In this document: positions 9,775 through 18,795 of the stretch, in pieces
How the letters are laid out: every line of letters starts with the position of its first letter
Numbering within the stretch: position 1 is the stretch's first letter
Virus record (IMG/VR): IMGVR_UViG_3300020180_000010
Location: 1 to 64,000 of that record
Reading direction: 5' to 3' (one strand)
Origin: a virus
Length of the DNA: 64,000 nt
Position numbers and translations under genes: made by a program
Notes under the pieces: model-generated
Database searches by the model: none
What the model saw: only the letters and a program-made list of their open reading frames with translations
Told to the model about the DNA's origin: nothing

Positions 9775-10104
9775 TTATTTCTTGTAATTAGATGAATAGG
9801 CGGGGCAAATACCAGTCGTGGTGACGGTATCGATTTGATCGCAATTAGTTATGATGGATAAACATTTTGGATAAACAGAAACTCCATTATCTTGGGTTTC
9901 GCGACAAAATTGCGCAAAAGACTTTCCACGTTTTGTCGGGTTGCCCAGCTCACAACGTAGATCATTAAGGTTCTTTTGTGCTGCTTCGCAATATTCCTGA
10001 TCCCGCACGATCGGCGTCGGGATAGGTCCGATAGGGCTGGAATTATTATGATTGCCAGCGCAATTAGGAAGTAATATTAAAAACAATAAAATTCTACATA
10101 TCAT
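9775..10104 (-). CDS. Cys-rich putative lipoprotein
   Basis: Internal start MICRILLFLILLPNC-AG gives a signal peptide with lipobox-like Cys. Confidence 0.65.
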   Translation of the reverse strand: MICRILLFLILLPNCAGNHNNSSPIGPIPTPIVRDQEYCEAAQKNLNDLRCELGNPTKRGKSFAQFCRETQDNGVSVYPKCLSIITNCDQIDTVTTTGICPAYSSNYKK

Positions 10105-10216
10105 CCGACACCCTAACTCTATAGAATAAAAATCATATTTTATCTTTTGAATGAATTGTCGAGAAGAATACCCTACGGCCAAGGCATTTGGAATGAAATC
10201 GTAGAATTCAGGAGAA

Positions 10217-10470
10217 TTGTACAGAACCGGCATCACAACAGGCTCCAAGCCTGTATTGGGAGGAGTATATAGTTTTTACGAAACTCATGGCCTTCCTTTG
10301 GACATATTGGTTGGGTTCCGGATTGGCTAGATATTTATGTCCAAGCCAAACAAGCTGGAATGAAACATAAAAGAATTGTTTCAAAAATGGAAGAAGCCAT
10401 ACAAGACTCTTTCGGAGCCGTGACTGCACAACACGTTACATTGGTTTTAAACGAGAAATTCGGAGAATAG
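10217..10470 (+). pseudogene. frameshifted small gene with an AlaRS-like FYETHGLPLD motif
   Basis: Frame A LYRTGITTGSKPVLGGVYSFYETHGLPLDIL; the -1 frame continues GWVPDWLDIY...KFGE* and ends 1 nt before the vWA start. Confidence 0.5.
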
Positions 10471-10471
10471 A

Positions 10472-11167
10472 ATGAAAGAAAACTTTACGTCAATCAATGT
10501 AGTTTTGGACCGTAGCGGTTCTATGAAAGAACTCGCGAACGATACCATCGGTAGTTTTAATGCCCTTCTGAAAGATCAGAAGGAATTACCATATGAAGCG
10601 GTATTTACGCTCTGTACCTTTAATACCGATTATCATTTGGTACATGATTCGGTTCCACTGAAAGATATCCCGGATCTTGATGATAAATCATATCGTTGTA
10701 GTGGCGGGACATCCCTGTTGGATGCTGTCGGAGCGACCATCACATCCGTAGGTAATAAATTAGCGCGGATGCCGGAATCGGATCGCCCGAGCAAAGTTAT
10801 CTTCCTAATCATTACGGATGGTGAAGAGAATTCGAGCCATGAATTTACGAAAGAACAAGTATCCAGTATGGTTCAGCATCAGCGGGACCATTATAAGTGG
10901 GAATTTGTTTTCATGGGTGCGAACATCGATGCGTTCAAAAATGGGACTTCGTTGGGAGTAGATAGTCGCAATACAATGAATTATTCCGCCACGTCAGTCG
11001 GAACGAAGGGTCTTTACGGACAGGTATCAAATTCTCTTAGAAGCTATAGAGGCGGAAATAGCGGGCCTCAGGTTGATTTCTTTAATCAACCAGAAGAAAA
11101 CAAGACTGATTCTAAAGATCTTAATGTAGTTCCGAGCAAAAATCCTCAGGATCAGAATAATAACTGA
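10472..11167 (+). CDS. von Willebrand factor A domain protein
   Basis: MIDAS motif DRSGSM, GGTSLLDA, ITDGEEN. Confidence 0.9.
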   Translation: MKENFTSINVVLDRSGSMKELANDTIGSFNALLKDQKELPYEAVFTLCTFNTDYHLVHDSVPLKDIPDLDDKSYRCSGGTSLLDAVGATITSVGNKLARMPESDRPSKVIFLIITDGEENSSHEFTKEQVSSMVQHQRDHYKWEFVFMGANIDAFKNGTSLGVDSRNTMNYSATSVGTKGLYGQVSNSLRSYRGGNSGPQVDFFNQPEENKTDSKDLNVVPSKNPQDQNNN

Positions 11168-12208
11168 ATGATCATTGCGAAGAAGGGTCTGGTGTTTGAT
11201 GACGTGCTGTTTATTCCGAAGCACTCAAAAATCAGATCAAGAAGCCAAGTTGACCTGACTGTCAGGTTAAAACAGTTTAGATTCGCCACGCCCATCATAC
11301 CTGCGAACATGGTATCGATCATGGGTCCGGATATGATTGAGTTTCTATACAAAAATCATAGCATGGCGTTGATGCACCGATTCTCATCATTTGAAGACCA
11401 ATTGACAATGGTAGAGTCGATGGCACAGAAATACCAGGATATCATGATGTATCTTGGTGTTTCGCTGGGTGTTCAGGAGCATGATAAAAAGGCCGCGAGA
11501 CAGTTTTTCCTATCCGGAGTCCGGATATTTTGCATTGATATCGCGCATGGAGACTCCGAACATTGCATCGAGATGTGTAGATTCGTAAAGAAAAATTATC
11601 CCGATACATTGTTGATTGCGGGAAACATCGCCACGGCCGGGGGTGCGGCACGCCTGTGGAAAGCTGGCGCGGATGTAGTGAAGTGCGGCATCGGAAATGG
11701 TGCCAGTTGTAGTACGAGGATCGAGACTGGTAATGGGTTTCCTCAGATGAGCGCCATTTCCAATGTTGCGGAAGAGAAGGCGAAGCAGGAAGAAAAGTTA
11801 AAAAGAAAACTATATTTTATTGCTGATGGTGGGATCCGGTCAGCCGGGGATGCTGCGAAAGCTTTGGCATTTGCAGATATGGTGATGATTGGTGGGATGT
11901 TTGCTGGAACGGATCAGGCAAACGGGGATACAGTACAACATAACGGAAAAACTCATAAACGTTATGAAGGCTCGTCTACCCATAAGGACAAACATATAGA
12001 GGGGGTGAAGGGATTTGTGGAGTACCGAGGGTCCGCACAAACAATTTTAGATAAATTGACTCAAGGGATCAGATCTTCATGTTCTTATCAAGGAGTATCG
12101 AATCTTGATGATTTCAAAAAGAATCCTGAATTTGTACAGATGACATCGGCAGGATTGGTGGAATCGCATCCACATTCAGTAAAAGTTGTATTCGGTACGG
12201 ATGTTTAA
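11168..12208 (+). CDS. IMP dehydrogenase/GMP reductase family enzyme, no CBS domains
   Basis: FDDVLFIP, PANM, DIAHG, GIGNGASCSTR, ADGGIR; IMPDH versus GMPR not resolvable by eye. Confidence 0.9.
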   Translation: MIIAKKGLVFDDVLFIPKHSKIRSRSQVDLTVRLKQFRFATPIIPANMVSIMGPDMIEFLYKNHSMALMHRFSSFEDQLTMVESMAQKYQDIMMYLGVSLGVQEHDKKAARQFFLSGVRIFCIDIAHGDSEHCIEMCRFVKKNYPDTLLIAGNIATAGGAARLWKAGADVVKCGIGNGASCSTRIETGNGFPQMSAISNVAEEKAKQEEKLKRKLYFIADGGIRSAGDAAKALAFADMVMIGGMFAGTDQANGDTVQHNGKTHKRYEGSSTHKDKHIEGVKGFVEYRGSAQTILDKLTQGIRSSCSYQGVSNLDDFKKNPEFVQMTSAGLVESHPHSVKVVFGTDV

Positions 12209-12214
12209 TGCCTC

Positions 12215-12385
12215 ATGCGTACTTATTATCTTATATGTTCTACAATAATATTTTGTCTTTGCAGTTATAACAACCTATTCGTTTATATGTACCATGGAGA
12301 CGTGGCTCCGTTTTTGGTATCGGTTTTTGCATTAGCATTTACGTTGGTTTTATTAGTATTTTTGGATGACGCGACGGAAGAATAG
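12215..12385 (+). CDS. small two-helix membrane protein (56 aa, not in ORF track)
   Basis: MRTYYLICSTIIFCLC...APFLVSVFALAFTLVLLVFLDDATEE fills the gap. Confidence 0.55.
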   Translation: MRTYYLICSTIIFCLCSYNNLFVYMYHGDVAPFLVSVFALAFTLVLLVFLDDATEE

Positions 12386-12394
12386 AGCGGGGAT

Positions 12395-12817
12395 ATGAAC
12401 ATGATGGGTAATTATGTTATTCGTTTCAGTGACGGAACTTATTATAAATGGGCAGATCCGTATGGAGACGATAATAGTACTGATGATTTAAAACTGACTG
12501 CGAGGTTTGACTTGAAACGTGCTCAGGGATTCGCGGATACTTTTTACGGAGCCTCCAATGAAGGGGAATACAAAATTGTGAAGATTCGGAAAGTAAAAAC
12601 GAAACAAATAACTTTCCAAGCCTACTACCCTACAGGTAAATATGGAGTTTGGTGCGAGAGTAGGAGGAAATGCCATCAAAATGAAAATTCTTGGTTACTA
12701 TCATCCGACACTTCATTTTCAGGCACTTACGACGAAGCTGTAAAGAGGGCCGATGAAATGTGTCGCAGTAATAAATTTTTTCATTATTACGCCAAACCTC
12801 TTGAGTCGTTTCTATGA
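12395..12817 (+). CDS. hypothetical protein
   Basis: 140 aa ORF. Confidence 0.7.
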   Translation: MNMMGNYVIRFSDGTYYKWADPYGDDNSTDDLKLTARFDLKRAQGFADTFYGASNEGEYKIVKIRKVKTKQITFQAYYPTGKYGVWCESRRKCHQNENSWLLSSDTSFSGTYDEAVKRADEMCRSNKFFHYYAKPLESFL

Positions 12818-13215
12818 AGAAATATAAACCTACAAAAGTTACGACTGCTCTTTTAGAGACTCATAACCGTTTCAATATACGAGTCAGTCGTTGCCGTTAT
12901 GGCAGGGGAGTATTTGCAGGACAGGATTTTCAAAAAGGTGAATTGATAGAAGTGTGCCCGATGTTGATCGTGGATGATTACAGCGCAACCATGGCGTGGG
13001 TAGCCGGGCAATCAGATTTTGAAAGATATTTTTTTGATTTTGACGGAGTTTTTGGGATCGCACTCGGATACGGCTCACTATATAATCATTCCAAAACTCC
13101 AAATGCTCTATATATTGATAATTCGAAGGGAAATGAATTGATTATTTATGCAAGCAAAAATATCAAAAAGGGATATCAGGTATTTATTGATTACGGTTAC
13201 GAACCAAAGAAATAA
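12814..13215 (+). CDS. minimal SET-domain lysine methyltransferase
   Basis: GRGVFA...KGELIE, YNHSKTPNA, IKKG...IDYG. Confidence 0.9.
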   Translation: MKKYKPTKVTTALLETHNRFNIRVSRCRYGRGVFAGQDFQKGELIEVCPMLIVDDYSATMAWVAGQSDFERYFFDFDGVFGIALGYGSLYNHSKTPNALYIDNSKGNELIIYASKNIKKGYQVFIDYGYEPKK

Positions 13216-13234
13216 TATTTTGCTATAAAATTAA

Positions 13235-13474
13235 ATGGTTCGGATCCAAAAGAATCGCAACAGAAGTAAAATCGAGACTGTATTTCCGATAATTGATTGG
13301 TATTTTGAAAACGGCAACGATATGATACTGTTCTGGATACCCGACACAACAATCAATATAAATCAACTGTACTCTATATCTAGATTATTTGCCAATAGCT
13401 ACTTAGAAATAGACGATATAGCGAATAGATCTGGATTTCAGATCAGAATTGAAACGAGAGCATCAGATGATTAA
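13235..13474 (+). CDS. hypothetical protein
   Basis: 79 aa ORF. Confidence 0.55.
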   Translation: MVRIQKNRNRSKIETVFPIIDWYFENGNDMILFWIPDTTININQLYSISRLFANSYLEIDDIANRSGFQIRIETRASDD

Positions 13475-13640
13475 AATGAAACCCTATGATGTTTTGGCGT
13501 TGTATTTATTTTTGGCATTTTTATCTTTTGCGGTATTTACAGATAGTTGGTGGCCCGTGATCGGAACCGTTATAGGGTTCGGCCTCGGCACTTTAATTAG
13601 TTATCGACATAATAAAAGCTCAGAAGAACCTCCAAAATAA
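13449..13640 (+). CDS. small two-helix membrane protein
   Basis: Two hydrophobic segments; stop overlaps the thyA start. Confidence 0.6.
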   Translation: MKREHQMIKMKPYDVLALYLFLAFLSFAVFTDSWWPVIGTVIGFGLGTLISYRHNKSSEEPPK

Positions 13641-14494
13641 TGTATGTTCTGCAAGATTTTGATGATAGTTTAGAGCGGATTATTAATCATGGCATTAGAA
13701 AACCCAACCGAACCGGTATCGATACCGTAAGTTCGTTTGGCCTACATTGTAGGTACATGATAGGTGACGCTTTCCCTATACCGACTAAACGTAGAACTGT
13801 TTATAAATCTATTTTTGCCGAATTGCTATGGATGATATCGGGTTCGACAGATGTCAATGACCTTGAAAAAATGGGAAGCAGAATCTGGACTGCTTGGCGC
13901 GATTCTGAATTTGAAAAGAGAAACGGTTACGATGCAGGTGAACTAGGCCCGATCTATGGCTGGAGTTTTCGCCATTTTGGTGCTCCGTATTCCTCACGAA
14001 AAGGACCCGCTGGAGGTGCGGACCAGGTTCAATACATAATTGATGAATTGAATCGAGACAGATTCTCCCGAAGAGCCCTGATAAATCTTTGGGATCCGAA
14101 CGTCATGACGACAGATCAGGTAAAACTTCCGACTTGTCATTATAGCTTTCAGGTTCTACTGGATACTCAGGATCGTTTAACCGGAATCCTGACTCAACGT
14201 TCAGGTGATTGGTTGCCAGGAGTCAGTGCAAATATCTATTTCTATTCGGCTCTCATGTACATGTTTGCGCAACAATTAAACGCAACTCCGTATGAACTGA
14301 TTCATAATGTCGCGGATGCACATGTATATGTTAATCAATTTGATGCGGCGAGAGAATATCTATCGAGACCCGCAATCGATTCACCAAAATTAATACTTAA
14401 TAAAGCAAAATCGATATTTGATTACAAACTAGAAGATTTTGTTATCCAGGATTATTTCCCTGGAGAAAAAATTACAGTTCCGGTGGCGGTTTAA
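13640..14494 (+). CDS. thyA: thymidylate synthase
   Basis: NRTG, ELLW, LGPIYG, SRR, LPTCH, QRSGD...N, DAHVY. Confidence 0.95.
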   Translation: MYVLQDFDDSLERIINHGIRKPNRTGIDTVSSFGLHCRYMIGDAFPIPTKRRTVYKSIFAELLWMISGSTDVNDLEKMGSRIWTAWRDSEFEKRNGYDAGELGPIYGWSFRHFGAPYSSRKGPAGGADQVQYIIDELNRDRFSRRALINLWDPNVMTTDQVKLPTCHYSFQVLLDTQDRLTGILTQRSGDWLPGVSANIYFYSALMYMFAQQLNATPYELIHNVADAHVYVNQFDAAREYLSRPAIDSPKLILNKAKSIFDYKLEDFVIQDYFPGEKITVPVAV

Positions 14495-14760
14495 TGAAAA
14501 GTAAATCTGTTTATGTGAACGGCCTTTTAAGACGAAAAGGATCTCAACCTTATCATGACTATAGCGAAGTGGATGGAGAAATAATTTTTCGATTTAAAAT
14601 AAAAAGATCAGATGAGGTTACGTTTCATCATTACCGAGACGGTATTCTTCATTATGAAGAAATTATAGATGTGTACGATACTCCGCCCGGCACTCCTATC
14701 AGAATTGCGAATCGTTACGTTAATAATCATGTAGATGATAAATTAATGAATTTAATATAA
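14494..14760 (+). CDS. hypothetical protein with shared C-terminal motif (KLMNLI)
   Basis: 88 aa ORF coupled to the thyA stop. Confidence 0.65.
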   Translation: MKSKSVYVNGLLRRKGSQPYHDYSEVDGEIIFRFKIKRSDEVTFHHYRDGILHYEEIIDVYDTPPGTPIRIANRYVNNHVDDKLMNLI

Positions 14761-14799
14761 CGGAGAAACAAGACGTAGGTATTATGATATATTGGTACG

Positions 14800-14839
14800 G
14801 AACCCAGAGAGGGTTCTATAATTGGCACACGGAGAGTGT
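14800..14839 (+). promoter_or_regulatory. twin-hairpin leader, copy 1
   Basis: GAACCC-AGAGA-GGGTTC then ACAC-GGAGA-GTGT just before ATG 14843. Confidence 0.7.
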
Positions 14840-14842
14840 ATT

Positions 14843-15844
14843 ATGAGTTATACATTTCAGTATTGCGTTTGTATTGGTCGTTTTCAGCCATTCCATAATG
14901 GCCACCATGAGTTGGTCAGGGAGGCTTTGAGTCAAGCCGAGACTGTTTTGATTGTTATCGGGAGTACTGATAAGGCCCCGAACATTCAAAACCCTTGGAC
15001 AGCGGATCAGCGCGAGGCGATGATTCTTTCGGCCCTGACGGATCAAGAGAAGGAACGAGTCAAATTCGTTCAAGTTCGTGATTTCTGGTATACTCAGAAC
15101 CGTTGGTTAACGGAAGTCCAGCGGCGCGTATACGATGCTACGGATGGCATTGATGATGATAAAATTTGCGATGTTGGAGAAGTAAGTTATTTTCCTCAGT
15201 GGAAATTCTTCAAGATGCGCAACATCGATAGAATGCCACACGCGACTACGATTCGCGATCTTTACTTTACCATGGATAATGCTTATAAAAACCATGTCAG
15301 TCCAGGCGTGGTGAATTATCTTGAAGAATTCAAAAAGACTGTTTCCTTTAAAAACTTGAAGGAAGAGTATGAGCATATCCGGAACTACCGGGCAGCCTGG
15401 ACCGGAGCACCGTTCCCTCCGACATTCGTTACAGTTGACTCCGTAGTTATCCGGAGCGGGCACGTCCTGACGGTCCGCCGTAAGGGGAATCCTGGTCGTG
15501 GTTTGATTGCTCTTCCGGGCGGTTTTTTAAACCAGAATGAAACGATTCTAGATGGTGCGCTCCGGGAATTGAAGGAAGAAACTGGTATAAAAGTCTCAAA
15601 GGAAGAATTGGAAAAGGCTGTGATTGAATCGAAGGTGTTTGATTATCCTGACCGATCCCTTAGAGGCCGGACCATCACCCATGCTTATTTAATTGATCTC
15701 GGTAGTGGAAACCTTCCACTTGTCAAGGGATCCGATGATGCCGATAAGGCATGGTGGATGTCTTTGAGCGATTTCTATACTATAGAAGATAGATTTTTTG
15801 AAGACCATTGGCAGATCATATCATATTTCTGTAGCAGATTCTGA
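14843..15844 (+). CDS. nadM: bifunctional NMN adenylyltransferase / Nudix hydrolase (NadM-Nudix, NatV-like)
   Basis: GRFQPFHNGH, NPWT, Nudix box GG...ET...GALRELKEETG, GSDDA, FEDH. Confidence 0.95.
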   Translation: MSYTFQYCVCIGRFQPFHNGHHELVREALSQAETVLIVIGSTDKAPNIQNPWTADQREAMILSALTDQEKERVKFVQVRDFWYTQNRWLTEVQRRVYDATDGIDDDKICDVGEVSYFPQWKFFKMRNIDRMPHATTIRDLYFTMDNAYKNHVSPGVVNYLEEFKKTVSFKNLKEEYEHIRNYRAAWTGAPFPPTFVTVDSVVIRSGHVLTVRRKGNPGRGLIALPGGFLNQNETILDGALRELKEETGIKVSKEELEKAVIESKVFDYPDRSLRGRTITHAYLIDLGSGNLPLVKGSDDADKAWWMSLSDFYTIEDRFFEDHWQIISYFCSRF

Positions 15845-15892
15845 TCTATCTTGTGCAGATGTTTTGGTTAATGTAAGGCAAGTCTTTTTAAA

Positions 15893-15933
15893 TCTTCCCA
15901 GTGAGGGAAGAGTCTGAATAATACGGAGAGTAT
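15893..15933 (+). promoter_or_regulatory. twin-hairpin leader, copy 2
   Basis: TCTTCCC-AGTGA-GGGAAGA then ATAC-GGAGA-GTAT just before ATG 15935. Confidence 0.7.
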
Positions 15934-15934
15934 C

Positions 15935-17344
15935 ATGAAAACGAATCGTTTTAGTTATCTTTTTGACACGGATTCTTATAAAGTAAGCCATTACAAGCAG
16001 TACCCGCCCGCCACAACAAGTATGTTTTCATATATTGAAAGCCGAGGTGGAGAGTACGATGAGACCGTATTTTTTGGTTTACAGTATTACCTTAAAGAAT
16101 ACCTTACACATCGTGTAACGGTGGAAGAGGTTGAGCAGGCGAAGAATCTTTTCGCACTCCACGGCGAGCCATTCAATTACGAAGGTTGGCTCTATATAGC
16201 AAAAGAGCTTGGCGGTAAGTTGCCAGTACGGATCCGCGCGGTTCCGGAAGGCATGGCCGTTCCGACCCATAACATTTTAGTTAGTATCGAATCAACTGAT
16301 CCAAAAGTATTCTGGATAGTCTCGTGGCTAGAAACCATGTTACTTCGTATCTGGTATCCAATCACCGTATCCACTAGAAGTCACTTTATCAAAAGCATCA
16401 TTATGGATGCATTGACTAAATCATCGGATGATCCTGAGGGTGAGATTAGTTTCAAACTTCATGACTTCGGTTCTCGTGGCGTCAGCAGTCAGGAATCGGC
16501 CATGATCGGCGGTGCGGCTCACCTTGTTAACTTCATGGGAAGCGATACGGTGGCTGGTGTTTTGATGGCTAATCTTTACTACAATATTCCGATGGCAGGA
16601 TTCAGTATTCCTGCGGCTGAACACAGTAGCATTACTTCTTGGGGAAAAGAAAATGAAGTTGAAGCCTATCGTAACATGCTTAAGCAGTTTGCAAAACCCG
16701 GAGCACTGGTTGCGTGCGTCTCTGACTCTTATGATTTATGGAACGCTTGCACTAATCTTTGGGGAGATGTTCTGCGTCAGGAAGTGATTGATTCTGGTGC
16801 AGTCGTGATCATTCGGCCTGACTCTGGATATCCTCCGCAAGTTGTCTGCAAGTGTGCCAGCCTTCTTGCTGAAAAATTTAGTTATACCGTTAATAGCAAG
16901 GGCTATAAGGTTATTAATAACGTTCGAATTATTCAGGGCGATGGCATAAATGAAGATTCGATTCAGATCATTTTGAATGACCTGTTGAAGGCGGGTTTCA
17001 GTGCAACCAATATTGCATTCGGTATGGGAGGAGCCCTTTTACAGACGGTGAATCGCGATACACAGAAATTCGCAATGAAGTGCAGCCATATATTCCGTAC
17101 CGTTGACGGTAAGTCAGTATCTGTTGATGTCTTCAAAAATCCCATTACTGACCCTGGAAAAGCAAGCAAGGCTGGTCGTCTGGACCTTGCTTTTACGGAT
17201 GATCGTGGGTTCGAAACGGTTACGTTGTCTGATGACGAGTTTGCCAGCCAGCACAGCGTCATGCATACGGTTTATTTGAACGGTGAACTATTAAATGAAA
17301 CGACATTTGATGAGGTCCGCACGCGAGCTAAGAACTTTAAATGA
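15935..17344 (+). CDS. nadV: nicotinamide phosphoribosyltransferase
   Basis: TDSYKVSH, LHDFGSRG, IPAAEHS, VSDSYD, RPDSG, QGDG, FGMGG. Confidence 0.96.
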   Translation: MKTNRFSYLFDTDSYKVSHYKQYPPATTSMFSYIESRGGEYDETVFFGLQYYLKEYLTHRVTVEEVEQAKNLFALHGEPFNYEGWLYIAKELGGKLPVRIRAVPEGMAVPTHNILVSIESTDPKVFWIVSWLETMLLRIWYPITVSTRSHFIKSIIMDALTKSSDDPEGEISFKLHDFGSRGVSSQESAMIGGAAHLVNFMGSDTVAGVLMANLYYNIPMAGFSIPAAEHSSITSWGKENEVEAYRNMLKQFAKPGALVACVSDSYDLWNACTNLWGDVLRQEVIDSGAVVIIRPDSGYPPQVVCKCASLLAEKFSYTVNSKGYKVINNVRIIQGDGINEDSIQIILNDLLKAGFSATNIAFGMGGALLQTVNRDTQKFAMKCSHIFRTVDGKSVSVDVFKNPITDPGKASKAGRLDLAFTDDRGFETVTLSDDEFASQHSVMHTVYLNGELLNETTFDEVRTRAKNFK

Positions 17345-17853
17345 TTAATTTTAACGAGACCACAGATAATACGCCAGAACAACTGATAGAAATTTTTGAA
17401 TGGGTACGGAGAGAAGCTCTCCAATCAACCTGTTTGAGAGCCCGATGCGGTACCGTAATCCTGCGCCCCGGATACGGTACCGTGCAGGAACGTATCATCG
17501 GCGCCGGATACAATTCTCCAGCCGGGAAAGAACCTGAACGTTGTTCTAGAAAACATGAGATTGATCCGAGTTTCAAGTCAGATAGAACTTGTTGCGTTCA
17601 CGCGGAGCAACGAGCCATTATGGATGCCCTGAGAACCAATCCTGATTATTTATCTAAATCAATTTTGTATTTCGGACGGGTTGATGATCAGGGTAATCTA
17701 AAAACATCAGGAAAGCCATACTGCACTATTTGCAGTAAAATGGCTCTTGACGTCGGGATAGGCTCGTGGGTCCTGAGCCATGATACGGGATTCAGAGAAT
17801 ACCCGTCACAATTTTATAATGATTTATCTTTTCAATACAAAAGAGACAAATAG
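17341..17853 (+). CDS. dCMP deaminase-like zinc deaminase
   Basis: STC, GYN, HAEQRA, PYCTIC. Confidence 0.85.
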   Translation: MINFNETTDNTPEQLIEIFEWVRREALQSTCLRARCGTVILRPGYGTVQERIIGAGYNSPAGKEPERCSRKHEIDPSFKSDRTCCVHAEQRAIMDALRTNPDYLSKSILYFGRVDDQGNLKTSGKPYCTICSKMALDVGIGSWVLSHDTGFREYPSQFYNDLSFQYKRDK

Positions 17854-17860
17854 AATCGAA

Positions 17861-18295
17861 ATGTCTTTTGCATTGGTTCCGATAGAATATGAATCGGTAA
17901 TATATTATACCGATACCTCTCGAAACCTTATTTCCATATTTGTTTCGGCAAACATAAAGCAAATTCAGGAGAGCCGAATCATTATGTCGATCGCGCCTCC
18001 TAATCCACATTCACTTCCTGATGACTTGGTAAGTTGCTACGTTGGAAATTATGTCGAGACCGTTAGAAACGAAGATACAGCCATTGCTATTTTTGCATCT
18101 TACGTATTGAATGATTTATGGGTTGGTAAAAAGTTCAAAGATGATTCCCCTATCGTTATAGAAAATATAACATTTTCATTATCTGGCGCGAAACATTATA
18201 TCGATCCTAACTGTATAGAGCATAATAAAGCTAAATTTGTACAGAAGTACAATGAGATTCACAGAAAAATAGAAAGGTTATTGGCTCTGGCATGA
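17861..18295 (+). CDS. hypothetical protein with shared C-terminal motif (RLLALA)
   Basis: ATG 17861 avoids overlap with the deaminase; ATGA-coupled to folA. Confidence 0.7.
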   Translation: MSFALVPIEYESVIYYTDTSRNLISIFVSANIKQIQESRIIMSIAPPNPHSLPDDLVSCYVGNYVETVRNEDTAIAIFASYVLNDLWVGKKFKDDSPIVIENITFSLSGAKHYIDPNCIEHNKAKFVQKYNEIHRKIERLLALA

Positions 18296-18792
18296 AAAAA
18301 ATCGTCATGATTGCTGCGGTGAGTCAAGATGGAGTAATAGGAGTCAACGGGACCATTCCATGGAAACATAAAGCGGATATGCTGAGATTCAAGTCCCTAA
18401 CAACCGGTAATACAGTAATTATGGGCCGGAAGACATTTGAATCGATCGGCAGGGCCCTTCCGAACCGGATGAATATAGTCCTGAGTCGGGCTCTTTTACA
18501 GACTTACATTCCTACGGTTTACCAATGCCGCACACTAGAGGATGCAGTGAGTCAGGCTGACGGAACTGCATTTTTGATTGGTGGAGCGGAGATTTATAGG
18601 CTCGGAATGGCCATGGCGGATGAGATTGATCTGACGATCGTTCCGGAAACCATCGGGTCTGTACCGGACAGGTCGACGGAGTTCGGCCCTGTATACTTCC
18701 CTTGGATTAATCCGACATTATTTAAGATAGTGAAGGATCTGAAAGATCCAGATAGCCAATTAAGACATTTGACGTATAATCGAGCCGAGTAA
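18292..18792 (+). CDS. folA: dihydrofolate reductase
   Basis: GVIG..G.IPW...D..RF, MGRKTFESI, LPNR, IGGAEIY. Confidence 0.95.
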   Translation: MKKIVMIAAVSQDGVIGVNGTIPWKHKADMLRFKSLTTGNTVIMGRKTFESIGRALPNRMNIVLSRALLQTYIPTVYQCRTLEDAVSQADGTAFLIGGAEIYRLGMAMADEIDLTIVPETIGSVPDRSTEFGPVYFPWINPTLFKIVKDLKDPDSQLRHLTYNRAE

Positions 18793-18795
18793 GAT

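Noticed and set aside
13640-14494. thyA as a dCMP hydroxymethylase for DNA hypermodification
   Set aside because: It retains the dUMP-specifying Asn after QRSGD and sits with folA and a dCMP deaminase, consistent with ordinary dTMP synthesis.
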